From NCBI RefSeq assembly GCF_009914755.1, contig NC_060948.1: 64,000 nt of DNA, one strand, 5' to 3'. The translations under genes and the position numbers were made by a program. The notes under the pieces were generated by a model, which was given only the letters and a program-made list of their open reading frames with translations, had not been told where the DNA came from and did not search any database. Each line of letters opens with the position of its first letter. Position 1 is the stretch's first letter. The stretch is from the human T2T-CHM13v2.0 reference genome, Homo sapiens. This document shows positions 40,270 through 56,519 of this stretch, piece after piece.

Positions 40270-40383
40270 CTTTTGTGGGCCATTTCCAGAGGGTGGGGTA
40301 GCTTCATGAATTGAGCATTCATTTAGCACAACATCACCTCCTGTATCAACTTCACTACAGTGACAGTTAAGAGCTGAATAAGC
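40270..40383 (-). pseudogene. Vestigial DAZL exon 9 homolog (114 nt): AYSALNCHCSEVDTGGDVVLNECSIHEATPPSGNGPQK
   Basis: tatag|GCTTATTCAGCT...CCACAAAAG|gcaaac; resembles the DAZL AYSAVNYHCNEVDPGAEVVPNECSVHEATPPSGNGPQK segment; non-canonical GC donor. Confidence 0.88.
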
Positions 40384-41127
40384 CTATATTTAAAATAATG
40401 AAAGTGTAATTAAACAGATAATACAGATACGTTTAAAAGCTACTTATTTATTCCTCAAAAAGGTGAGCTGGTATCAAAAGTTTCAATGTAGGTTGTGTTG
40501 AAATTCAATTGTGTTACTTCAGAAACCTTGTTTTAAACGAAAAGTTGAAATGCATTAAGGCAGCCTTTTGTTTTAAAACGTCTTCCAGGTATCAACATAA
40601 TCAGAGGTAGAAGGATTCTAAGAAACAAATGTAGTTAAGGGAGTGTTTGAGAATTTTAACACTTACTATATCCTTCAAATATCCAATCGTGATGTAAGAC
40701 AGCAGCTCTGTTGTATTAGAGGTAATACTCTTGTTTTATTCCTATTCCTCTTTAAGAGTAATTAATAGCAAAACATTTCGGTTTCTCCTCAACAAATGTT
40801 TTATGGCTAGTAAAGCCAGAGGCATATTCTAGGCAGATACATGCTAATTCTAAAGCCAGTTAATACCGCCATTCCTGGATTATATAATCTATCAACAAGT
40901 AACTGAACACTTATCATTATGTGGACCAGCCACTGTTTCAGCACACAAAAATGTGAGAGACAAAAAGGCACTGTTGCTCCCATGGGAGTTTATAATTGGG
41001 TTAAAAATAAAGTAACAAAACATAAAACATTAATATAAAGAACCATTTAAAAATATCTACAGGCATATATGGCATAGAAAAAAGTCAAGAAAGATGAGGA
41101 AGTATACGTTTCACTAATTCACTTTAC

Positions 41128-41170
41128 TCCATAACCCCTTTTGCTCCCCAACAGGCCACTGCGGTAGCAC
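41128..41170 (-). pseudogene. Vestigial exon 8 copy (43 nt, GTG start, internal deletion)
   Basis: taag|GTGCTACCGCAGTGGCCTGTTGGGGAGCAAAAGGGGTTATGGA|gtaaag, homologous to exon 8. Confidence 0.85.
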
Positions 41171-41866
41171 CTTAAAAAAATAAAAAGAAGGAAACCAAAA
41201 CTATTAAAATATTCCTACACATTTTCAAAAACTCATGAGATACACAATATTGAAGCACTTATCATGCTGGCTCATTTGTTATTAAAGTGAAAGAAACAGA
41301 GTAAAAAAAAAAAAAGAAGTACTTTATGTTTCTAATCCCTGATGTTCTTGTTACTTTTATACATAAAACCTCGCCATTTTCCCAATTTTCTGGAGTTGGC
41401 ATTGTGGAAATCTCAAGGATACTAGTTTTTTCAATTTATTACTTATCACCATAGATATGATTATGGGTCACAGATGTAGTCATATCTATGAAAAGAGGCC
41501 CAGAGAACTACTATCATGAAGCAGCAAGCTTAAAATAAAAATATAATTGGAATTCTGTGCTCTAAGAATGGGATGATAAAAAGATGAAAAAGATGAAAAA
41601 ATACACGCTGAAATATAGAAGGGGACAACGAATCTCAGAAAACTGTTTTACAGAAAAGTTATTGCTAAGTATATCCCTGTCAAAATGTTAATTCATTACT
41701 TCTAAATAATACAGAGGGCTTCATTCTAGACCATTGCAAGTGTTTTCCTAAATTTTAGGTACATTTCACTAGTTTAAAATGACACACTATTTGGGAAATT
41801 CATATAAACAAGTTAAAGGCTTCAATAATATCTGAAAACAAATCATTTTACTCCCTCTTCAATTAC

Positions 41867-41938
41867 CTGATAATTACATACAGGCAACTGACACCCAGTG
41901 GTGACCTGACCTGGTGAATTTGGATAAGTAGGATATGT
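41867..41938 (-). CDS. DAZ: Alternative DAZ exon: an exon-7 copy downstream of exon 8, read as HILLIQIHQVRSPLGVSCLYVII in the shifted frame
   Basis: 72 nt, ctttcag|ACATATCC...TATCAG|gtaatt; open in the post-exon-8 frame and also in repeat frame (TYPTYPNSPGQVTTGCQLPVCNYQ). Confidence 0.75.
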
Positions 41939-43503
41939 CTGAAAGTAAGTTTACAGAAAGAATGAATATGGTAAAACATCTTTTTAAATTAGAAAAAAAT
42001 ATTATTCCCAAAATAAAAAAAATGAAAAACTTTAAAATATTTATTAATTTTCTATATAAAACAATGCAGAATTCTAAATGAATGAATGACTTCAGGAAGA
42101 AATAAATATTCTCTGTCAAGTGCTAAGCCCCTTTGGGTGGGGCGGGGGAACACACAAATGACAAAGTAGTGACTATTTCACCAGGCAAAGTTCACCTTAC
42201 TGACACTGTGTACTTATGCCCACCCAGAAGTTGTTTCTTACACTGCTGGTAAGGCTCCATTAAGACAGATCTCAATGTAAGTTAAGTTAATACATTTGCT
42301 ATTTCTTTGTCAATATACTTCCAGATAGTTTTGTGTTTGACAATATTACAGGGTAATATGTAGTTCTCCTACAGATGTTATGTTTTTTTTCTGTACTTCA
42401 TTTCGAAAAACTAAGGGCAGTGTACAATCCAAAACTGGAGAAGGACAGTACGATGTCTTATATGTTTCGATAAATACTTATTGTTTGAAAACATATAGGA
42501 AGCAGCATACATGAATACACCCAAATTCAGTAATGGCTCACCGTAAATGTTAGAAACAAGTAGGGCTTTGTCTCTAGCCATTGTTCAGAGAAGAAAAAAG
42601 AAGAAGAGGTATATCCTACACATTTCAAGTACACAGAAAATGTCAATAAATGAGAGACACTGAAGAACTATTTCACTACTATTTTGTTACTTTATTTTCC
42701 ATCAAAGAAAATGTCTTTTAAACTAACACATAAATAAAATGGACTAAGAAGAAAACAGACGTTATTTATCACCAATAAGTGATAGAGTATGTCAAATCCT
42801 ACTTTAAATATCAAAGTAATCAGGATCAGAGAAATTACATGCCAGAAATTCACAGGATTTATAGGTACAGTAAAATAGGTCAGAAATCTATACATTCCAG
42901 ACCGAGAATATATCCCGAAGTCAGCAGTTTATATGAGGAGTCAACTGGAAATCATTGCAAGTAAAGAAGAGCTAGATTAATCGCTATCCTTAAAGAATAA
43001 ACTAGGCAGAAACATTAGAACAGCTGCTTTCAAATGTTTTCAGAACTAGGTATAATGGGGGAAAGAAGTTCAGGTATTTTAGAGGTAATACTCTTTTTTT
43101 ATTCCTATTCTTATTTAAGAGTAATTAACAGCAAAACATTTCTGTTTCTCTTCAACAAATTTTTTGTGGCTGGTAAAACCAGAGGCAGACCCTACGCAGA
43201 TACATGCTAATTCTAAAGTGACATTAATACTATCTTTCTTAGATTACACAGTCTATCAACAAGTAACTGAACACTTATTATGTGGACCAGCCACTCCTTA
43301 AGCACACAAAAACCTGAGAGAGAAAAAGGCACTGTTGCACCCATGGGAGATTGTAACTGGGTTAAAAAGAAAGTAACAAAATGTAACACATTAATATAAA
43401 GAATCATTTAAAATATTTATAAGGCATAAATGATATGGAAAATAATCCAGAAAGAACAGAAGTACATGGTAGGCTAATTCACTTTACCAGAGGTACAACC
43501 TAC

Positions 43504-43538
43504 CTCCTTTGCTCCCCAACAGGGCACTGCGGTGGCAT
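43504..43538 (-). CDS. DAZ: DAZ exon 8 (35 nt): MPPQCPVGEQR(R)
   Basis: ttttttaag|ATGCCACCGCAGTGCCCTGTTGGGGAGCAAAGGAG|gtaggt; the ancestral DAZL-type donor gtaaag lies 16 nt further on (exon end 43488, 51 nt). Confidence 0.93.
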
Positions 43539-44283
43539 CTTAAAAAAAAAATAGGAAAACAAAATTATTCAAATATTCATAAACATTTTCAAAAACAAAT
43601 GATATATAAAATATTGAAGTACCTATGCTGGCTCCTTTGTTATTATAATAAAAGAAAGACAATGGAAAAAAAGAAGTACTTTATGGTTCTAATTCCTGAC
43701 ATTCTTGTTGTTACTTCCACATACAAATACGAAACCACACCTTTTCCCCAATTTTTGGATTTGGCATTGTGGAAATCTCAAAGATGTTACTACTTTGAAC
43801 TTATTATGCTACATATGATTATTGGTCATAGATAGAGTCCTCTCTACTATGAAAAGAGAACCAGACAACAATTGTCGGGAAACAGCCTACTAAATGAAAC
43901 TATAATTTGAATTATGTGCTCTAAGAATTGGGTAATAATTTTATTTACTCTATATCCCTAAAAAATTCATGAAAGTCATTCTGGAGGTTTCATTCAGCTA
44001 TTTGACAGCAAAGATGAAAACTATATCCTGAAATATAGAAGGGTCAAATCTCAGAAAACTGTTCTACAGAAAAGTTATTGCCAAGTACATTCCTGTCAAA
44101 ATATTACTTCATTACTTCTAAATCAGACAGAGGTCTTCATTCTACACTAATTCTAAGTGTTTCCTTAAATATTAGGTACACTTCACTAGTTTAAAATGAC
44201 CAACTATTCAGGAAATTTGTATAAACAAGTTAAAGGCCTCAATAATACCTGAAAGCAAATCATTTCATTCCTTCTTACATTAC

Positions 44284-44355
44284 CTGGTAATTGTATACAT
44301 GGAACTGATATCCAGTGGTGACCTGAACTGCTGAATTTGGATAAGCAGGAAATGC
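44284..44355 (-). CDS. DAZ: Last in-frame DAZ-repeat exon 7 copy: AFPAYPNSAVQVTTGYQFHVYNYQ
   Basis: 72 nt, ttttcag|GCATTT...TACCAG|gtaatg; matches the terminal repeat of human DAZ. Confidence 0.95.
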
Positions 44356-45869
44356 CTGAAAAGAAAGGTGGCAGAAAAAAAAGAATATGGTAAACCATTT
44401 TTTAAAATTAGAAAGAAATATCATTCCCAATGTAACAAAAATATTAAAAACGTTAAAATATCATTTTTCTACATACAACAATGCAGAATTCTAAATGAAT
44501 GACTGACTTTATGAAGAAAGAAATAGTCTATGTCATGTGCCACACTTTGGGTGTGAAGGGGGAACAAATGACAAAAGAATTGACTATTTCACCAAAGTTT
44601 ACCTTATACTGTGTACTTATTCACACCCAGAAATTCTTTCTTACACCGGTGATAAGGCTCCATTAAGACAGATTGCAATGTAAGTTAAATTTATACATTT
44701 GCTATTTCAATGTCAGAATATTTCTAGACTGTTTTGTATCAGACAATATTAAAGGGTAATATGTAGTTCTATAGATATTAGTGCTATGTTTGTACTTCAT
44801 TCCAAAAAACTAAGTGCAGTCTATAATCCAATACTGGAGAAGAGAAAGTATAATGTCTTATATGTTTCAATGAATTCTTATTGTTTGAAAACATACAGGT
44901 AGCAGCATACATGAATATGCCCTGATTCAGTAATGCCGCACAGTAAATGACAGAAACAAGTAGGGCTTTTTTTCCAGCCATTGTTCAGAGAAGGAAAAAG
45001 AAGAGGTATACCACACATGTTTCAAGTACATGGAAAACATCAACAAATTAGAGACACTGCAGAACTATTGGACTATTATTTTGTTACTTCATTTTCCGTC
45101 AAAGAAAATGTCTTTAAAGCTAACACATAAATAAAACGAACTAAGAAGAATATAAACGTCCTTTATCAACATTAAGTGATGGAGTATGTCAAAACCTACT
45201 TTAAATATCAGTGTAAGCAGGATCAGAGAAATTAGATGCAAGAAGCTCACGGGATTTATATACCTACTAAACCACATCAGAAATCTACCCATTCCCGAAC
45301 CAGAATATATCCAGAAGTCAGCAATTTATATGAGGAGGCATCTGGAAATCATTTCAAATAAAGGGTAGCTAGATGAACTGTTAAACTTACCGAAGAATGA
45401 AGTAGGCAGACACATAAGGAGAGCTGCTTTCATTCACTTTAGGAACTGGTTATAAGGAGGAAAGCAGCTCTGGTGCTTTGGAGGTAATACTCTCGTTTAC
45501 TCCTATTCTTATTTAAGCGCAATTAACAGCAAAGCATTTCTGTCTCTGTTCTACAAATTTTCTGTTGCTGGTAAAGCCAGAGGCAGAATCTACGCAGATG
45601 CATGCTAATTCAAAAGCCACATGAATACTACCTTTCTTTGATGATATGGTCTATCATTAAGTGGACCTGCCATTGCTTAAGCAAGTAAAAACCTCAGGGC
45701 AAAAAAGGCACTGTTGCTCCCATGGGAGTTTACAATCGGGTTAACAAGAAAGTAAAAAAATAAACTAAAACATTGATATAAAAATCACTTAAAAATAGTA
45801 ATAGGCATATACGACGTGGAAAAAAACCAAGAATGAACAGGAAGTCTATGTTTGGCTAATTCACTTAAC

Positions 45870-45920
45870 ATCAAGGAAAACATAATCCCTTTGCTCCCCA
45901 ACAGGCCCCTATGGTGGCAT
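45870..45920 (-). pseudogene. Vestigial exon 8 copy with TAG at codon 4
   Basis: caag|ATGCCACCATAG...|gttaag. Confidence 0.85.
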
Positions 45921-46847
45921 CTTGAAAAAAAAAGGGGGGTGGGGGAGGAGCCAAGATGGCCGAATAGGAACAGCTCCAGTCTACAGCTCCCAGCGTGAGC
46001 GACGCCGAAGACGGGTGATTTCTGCATTTCCATCTGAGGTACCGGGTTCATCTCACTAGGGAGTGCCAGACAGTGGGCGCAGGTCAGTGGGTGGGCTCAC
46101 CGCGTGCGAGCGGAAGCAGGGCGAGGCATTGCCTCACTTGGGACGCGCAAGCGGTCAGGGAGTTCCCTTCTGAGTCAAAGAAAGGGGTGACGGATGCCAC
46201 CTGGAGAATCGGGTCACTCCCACCCGAATACTGCGCTTTTCCGACGGGCTTAAAAAACGGCACACCACTAGATTATATCCCGCACCTGGCTCGGAGGGTC
46301 CTACGCCCACGCAGTCTCACTGATTGCTAGCACAGCAGTCTGAGATCAAACTGCAAGGCGGCAACGAGGCTGGGGGAGGGGCGCCCGCCATTGCCCAGGC
46401 TTGATTAGGTAAACAAAGCCGCAGGGAAGCTCCAACTGGGTGGAGCCCACCACAGCTCAAGGAGGCCTGCCTGCCTCTGTAGGCTCCACCTCTAGGGGCA
46501 GGGCACAGACAAACAAAAAGACAGCAGTAACCTCTGCAGACTTAAATGACCCTGTCTGACAGCTTTGAAGAGAGCAGTGGTTCTCCCAGCACGCAGCTGG
46601 AGATCTGAGAACGGGCAGACTGCCTCGTCAAGTGGGTCCCTGACCCCTGACCCCCCGAGCAGCCTAACTGGGAGGCACCCCCCAGCAGGGGCACACTGAC
46701 ACCTCACACGGCAGGGTATTCCAACAGACCTGCAGCTGAGGGTCCTCTCAGTTAGAAGGAAAACTAACAAACAGAAAGGACATCCACACCAAAAACCCAT
46801 CTGTACATCACCATCATCAAAGACCAAAAGTAGATAAAACCACAAAG

Positions 46848-47867
46848 AGGGGGAAAAAACAGAACAGAAAAACTGGAAACTCTAAAAAGCAGAGCACCTC
46901 TCCTCCTCCAAAGGAACGCAGTTCCTCACCAGCAACGGAACAAAGCTGGATGGAGAATGACTTTGACGAGCTGAGAGAAGAAGGCTTCAGACGATCAAAT
47001 TACTCTGAGCTACGGGAGGACATTCAAACCAAAGGCAAAGAAGTTGAAAACTTTGGAAAAAAAAATGTAGAAGAATGTATAACTAGAATAACCAATACAG
47101 AGAAGTGCTTAAAGGAGCTGATGGAGCTGAAAACCAAGGCTCAAGAACTACGTGAAGAATGCAGAAGCCTCAGGAGCTGATGCGATCAACTGGAAGAAAG
47201 GGTATCAGCAATGGAAGATGAAATGAATGAAATGAAGTGAGAAGGGAAGTTTGGAGAAAAAAGAATAAAACGAAATGAGCAAAGCCTCCAAGAAATATGG
47301 GACTATGTGAAAAGACCAAATCTACGTCTGCTTGGTGTACCTGAAAGTGATCAGGAGAATGGAACCAAGCTGGAAAACACTCTGCAGGATATTATCCAGG
47401 AGAACTTCCCCAATCTAGCAAGGCAGGCCAACGTTCAGATTCAGGAAATACAGAGAACGCCACAAAGATACTCCTCGAGAAGAGCAACTCCAAGACACAT
47501 AATTGTCAGATTCACCAAAGTTGAAATGAAGGAAAAAATGTTAAGGGCAGCCAGAGAGAAAGGTCGGGTTACCCTCAAAGGGAAGCCCATCAGACTAACA
47601 GTGGATCTCTCGGCAGAAACCCTACAAGCCAGAAGAGAGTGGGGGCCAATATTCAACATTCTTAAAGAAAATAATTTTCAACCCAGAATTTCATATCCAG
47701 CCAAACTAAGCTTCATAAGCGAAGGAGAAATAAAATACTTTACAGACAAGCAAATGCTGAGAGATTTTGTCACCACCAAGCCTGCCTTATAAGAGCTCCT
47801 GAAGGAAGCACTAAACATGGAAAGGAACAACCGGTACCAGCCGCTGCAAAATCATGCCAAAATGTAA
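46848..47867 (+). pseudogene. L1 ORF1p, disrupted
   Basis: Start ATG mutated to AGG (46848); premature stops at ~47180, ~47240 and ~47792; fragments MENDFDELREEG... and KRPNLRL... Confidence 0.93.
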
Positions 47868-47930
47868 AGACCATCGAGACTAGGAAGAAACTGCATCAAC
47901 TAACAAGCAAAATAACCAGCTAACATCATA

Positions 47931-51758
<3,828 letters not shown>

Positions 51759-53275
51759 ACAATGAGATCACATGGACACAGGAAGGGATATATCACACTC
51801 TGGGGACTGTTGTGGGGTGGGGGGAGGGGGGAGGGATAGCACTGGGAGATATACCTAATGCTAGATGAGGAGTTAGAGGGTGCAGAGCACCAGCATGGCA
51901 CATGTATACATATGGAACTAACCTGCACAATGTGCACATGGACCCTAAAACTTAAAGCATAATTTTTTAAAAAAAAAGAATTGACTACTTCACCAAAGTT
52001 TACCTTATACTGTGTACTTATTCACACCCAGAAGTTATTTCTTACACTGGTGATAAGGCTCCATTAAGACAGATTGCAATGTAAGTTAAATTAATACATT
52101 TGCAATTTTGCTGTAAGAATATTTCTAGACTGTTTTGTATCAGACAATATTATAGGGTAATATGTAGTTCTATAGATGTTATGGCTTTGTCTGTACTTCA
52201 TTCCAAAAAACTAAGTGCAGTCTATAATCCAATACTGGAGAAGAGGAAGTATAATGTCTTATATGTTTCAATAAATGCTTATTGTTTGAAAACATACAGG
52301 CAGTAGCATACATGAATACACCCAGATTCAGTAATGGCTCACAGTAAATGACAGTAACAAGTAGAGCTTTTCTTCTACCCATTGTTCAGAGAAGGAAAAA
52401 TAAGAGGTATACCATACATGTTTCAAGTACATGGAAAATATCAACAAATTAGAAACACTGCAGAACTATTTCACTATTATTTTGTTACTACATTTTCCAT
52501 CAAAGAAAATGTCTTTTAAGCTAACACATCAATGAAATGAACTAAGAAGAATATAAACGTTATTTATCAACAGTAAGTGATAGAGTATGTCAAACCCTAC
52601 TTTAAATATCAATGTCACCAGGATCAGAGAAATTAGATGCCAGAAACTCAAGCGGTTTATATATATATACTAAATCACATCAGAAATCTACCCATTCCAG
52701 AACCAGAATATATCCAGAAGTCAGCAATTTATATGAGGAGGCATCTGGAAATCATTTCAAATAAAGGATAGCTAGATGAATTGCTAAACTTACGGAAGAA
52801 TAAAGTAGGCAGACACATAAGGAGAGCTGCTTTCATTCACTTTAGGAACTGCTTATACGGGGGAAAGCTGCTCTGGTGATTTGCAGGTAATACTCTCCTT
52901 TACTTCTATTCTTATTTAAGCATAATTAACAGCAAAGCATTTCTGTTTCTCTTCTATAAATTTACTACTGCTGGTAAAGCCAGAGGCAGATTCTATGCAG
53001 CTACATGCTAATTCTAAAGTCACGTGAATATTACCTTTCTTTGATTATATAGTCTATCATTATGTGGAGCTGCCATTGCTTAAGCACATAAAACCCTGAG
53101 GGCAAAAAAGGCACTGTTGCTGCCATGGGAGTTTATACTCGGGTTAACAAGAAAGTAACAACAACAACAACAAACATTAATATAGAGAGTCACTTAAAAA
53201 TATTTATAGGCATATATGACATGGAAAAAAAATCAAGAATGAACAGGAAGTCTATGTTTGGCTAATTCCCTTAAC

Positions 53276-53326
53276 GTCAAGGACAACATAATCCCTTTGC
53301 TCCCCAACAGGCCCCTAAGGTGGCAT
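53276..53326 (-). pseudogene. Vestigial exon 8 copy with TAG at codon 4
   Basis: aaag|ATGCCACCTTAG...|gttaag. Confidence 0.85.
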
Positions 53327-54070
53327 CTTTAAAAAAAAAAAAAAAAAAAGGAAACCAAAACTATTAAACTATTCCTACATATTTTCAAACACACATGAGA
53401 AACACAGTATTGAAGTACTTATTCCGCTGTCTCCTTTTTTATTATAATAAAAGTAACAGAAAGGAAAACTTAAGTACTTTATGTTTCTTGTCCATGACAT
53501 TCTTGTTACTTTAAATTTGAATCTTCACCTTTCTCCAAATTTTTGGGAGTTGGCAATGTGGAAACCTCAAAAATACTAGCTCTTTCAGTTTATTACCATA
53601 GATATAGTTATGGGTCATAGATATACTTGTATCTATGAGAAGAGATCCTGAGAATGACTACCGTCAAACAGCCAGCTAAAATGAAAATATAATTGGAATT
53701 CTGTGCTCTGAAAAGTGGATCATAATTTTATTTCACTCTATCTCCCTAAAAAAATTCATGAAAGTCAGTTTGGATGTTTCATTCAGCTATTTGACAGCAA
53801 AGATGAAAACTATATCCACAAATGAAGAAGGGGACACCAAATCTCAGAAATCTCTTCTACACAAATGTTATTGCCAAGGATATTCCTGTAAAAATATTAC
53901 TTCATTACTTCTAAATAAGACAGAGGTCTTCATTCTACACTAAGTCTTTCCTTAAATTTTAGGGACACTTCACTAGTTAAAAATGACCAACTATTCAGGA
54001 AATTTCTATAAACAAGTTAAAGGCCTCAATAATACCTGAAAGCAAACCATTTTACTACCTCTTACATTAC

Positions 54071-54142
54071 CTGATAATTGTATACAGGCAACTGATATCC
54101 AGTGGTGACCTGAACTGGTGAATTTGGATAAGCAGGAAATGC
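54071..54142 (-). CDS. DAZ: DAZ-repeat exon 7 copy: AFPAYPNSPVQVTTGYQLPVYNYQ
   Basis: 72 nt, identical to the copy at 58828 (offset 4757). Confidence 0.95.
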
Positions 54143-55649
54143 CTGAAAAGGTTGCAGAAAAAATGAATATGGTAAACCACATTTTAAAATTAGAAAGAAA
54201 TATAATTCCCAATATAAGAAAAATATTACAAAACGGAAAATATCCTTTTTCTACATACAACAATGCAGAATTCCAAATGAATGACTTTATGAGGAAAGAA
54301 AGATTCTATGTCAAGTGCTACACTTTGGGTGTGAAGGGGGAACAAATGACAAAGAACTGACTACTTCACCAAAATTTACCTTATACTGTGTACTTATTCA
54401 CACCCAGAAATTATGTCTTACACTGGTGATAAGGTTCCACTAAGACAGATTGCAATGTAAGGTAAATCAATACATTTGCAATTTCGCTGTAAGAATATTT
54501 CCAGACTGTTTTGTATCAGACAATATTGTAGGGTAATATGTAGTTCTATAGATGTTATGGCTTTGTCTGTATTTCATTCCAAAAAACTAATTGCAGTCTA
54601 TATTCCAATACTGGAGAATAAAAAGTATAATGTCTGACATGTTTCAACAAATTCTTATTGTTTGAAAACATACAGGTAGCAGCATACATGAATACACCCA
54701 GAATCACTAATGCCTCACAGTAAACGAGAGAAACAAGTAGGGCTTTTTTTCTAGCCATGGTTCAGAGAAGGAAAAAGAAGAGGTATACCATACATGTTTC
54801 AAGTACATGGAAAATATCAACAAATTAGAGACACAGCAGAACGATTTCACTATTATTTCATTACTTCATTTTCTGTCAAAGAAAATGTCTTTTAAGCTAA
54901 CACATCAATGAAATGAACTAAGAAGAAAATAAACGATATTTATCAACAGTAAGTGACACACTATGTCAAACCCTACTTTAAATATCAATGTAACCACGAT
55001 CAGAGAAATTACATGCCAGAAACTCACCGGGTTTATATATATATACTAAACCACGTCAGAAATCTGCCCATTCCAGAACCAGAATATATCCAGAAGTCAG
55101 CCATTTATATGAGGAGGCATGTGGCAATCATTTCAAATAAAGGATAGCTAGATAAACTGCTAAACTTACCGAAGAATAAAGTAGGCAGACACATAAGGAG
55201 AGCTGCTTTCATTCACTTTAGGAACTGCTTATAAGGGGGAAAGCAGCTCCGGTGAGTTGGAGGTAATACTCTCCTTTACTCCTATTCTTATTTAGGCGTC
55301 ATTAACAGCAAAGCATTTCTGTTTCTCTTCTATAAATTTTCTACTGCTGGTAAAGCCAGAGGCATATTCTGTGCAGACACATGCTAATTCTAAAGTCACG
55401 TGAATACTCCCTTTCTTTGATTATATAGTCTATCATTATGTAGACCTGCCATTGCTTAAGCACATAAAAACCTGAGGACAAAAAAGGCACTGTTGCTGCC
55501 ATGGGAGTTTATAATCGGGTTAACAAGAAGGAAACAACAACAAAAAAAACATTAACATAAAAAGTCACTTAAAAATATTTGTAGGCATATATGACATGGA
55601 AAAAAATCAAGAATGAACAGGAAGTCTATGTTTGGCTAATTCCCTTAAC

Positions 55650-55700
55650 GTCAAGGACAACATAATCCCTTTGCTACCCAACAGGCCCCTAAGGTGGAAT
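55650..55700 (-). pseudogene. Vestigial exon 8 copy with TAG at codon 4
   Basis: taag|ATTCCACCTTAG...|gttaag; degraded polypyrimidine tract. Confidence 0.85.
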
Positions 55701-56447
55701 CTTAAAAAATCAATCAATAAATAAAAGGAAACCAAAACTATTGAAGTATTACTACACATTTTCAAAAACACATGAGAAACACAATATTAAAGTACTTATC
55801 CTGCTGTCTCCTTTTTTATTGTAATAAAAGTAACAGAAAGGAAAACTCAAATACTTTATGTTTCTAGTCCATGACATTCTTGTTACTTTTACATTGGAAA
55901 CTTCAGCTTTCTCCACATTTTCGGGATTTCGCAATGTGGAAACCTCAAAGATACTAGCTCTTTCAGTTTATTACCGTAGATATAATTATGGGTCACAGAT
56001 ACACTTGTATCTATGAAAAGAGATCCAGAGCATTACTATCGTCAAACAGCCAGCTAAAATGAAAATGTAATTGGGATTCTGTGCTCTGAAAAGTGCAGCA
56101 TAATTTTATTTCAGTCTATCTCCCTAAGAAAATTCATGAAAGACACTTTGGACGTTTCATTTAGCTATTTGACAGTAAAGATGAAAACTACATCCAGAAA
56201 TGAAGAAGAGAACACCAAATCTCAGAAATCTGTTCTACAGAAAAGTTATTGCCAAGTATATTCCTGTCAAAATACTACCTCATTATTCTAAATAACACAG
56301 AGGTCTTCATTCTACACTAAGTGTTTCCTTAAATTTTAGGTACAATTCACTAGTTTAAAATGAGCAACTATTCAGGAAATTTGTATGAACAAGTTAAAGG
56401 CCTCAATAATACCTAAAAGCAAATCATTTTACTCCCTCTGACATTAC

Positions 56448-56519
56448 CTGATAATTGTATACAGGGAACTGATATCCAGTGGCGACTTGAAATGGTGAAT
56501 TTGGATAAGCAGGAAATGC
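56448..56519 (-). CDS. DAZ: DAZ-repeat exon 7 copy: AFPAYPNSPFQVATGYQFPVYNYQ
   Basis: 72 nt, identical to the copy at 61205 (offset 4757). Confidence 0.95.

Noticed and set aside
46317-46391. L1 ORF0
   Set aside because: Truncated by TGA after 24 codons (MAGAPPPASLPPCSLISDCCASNQ*)
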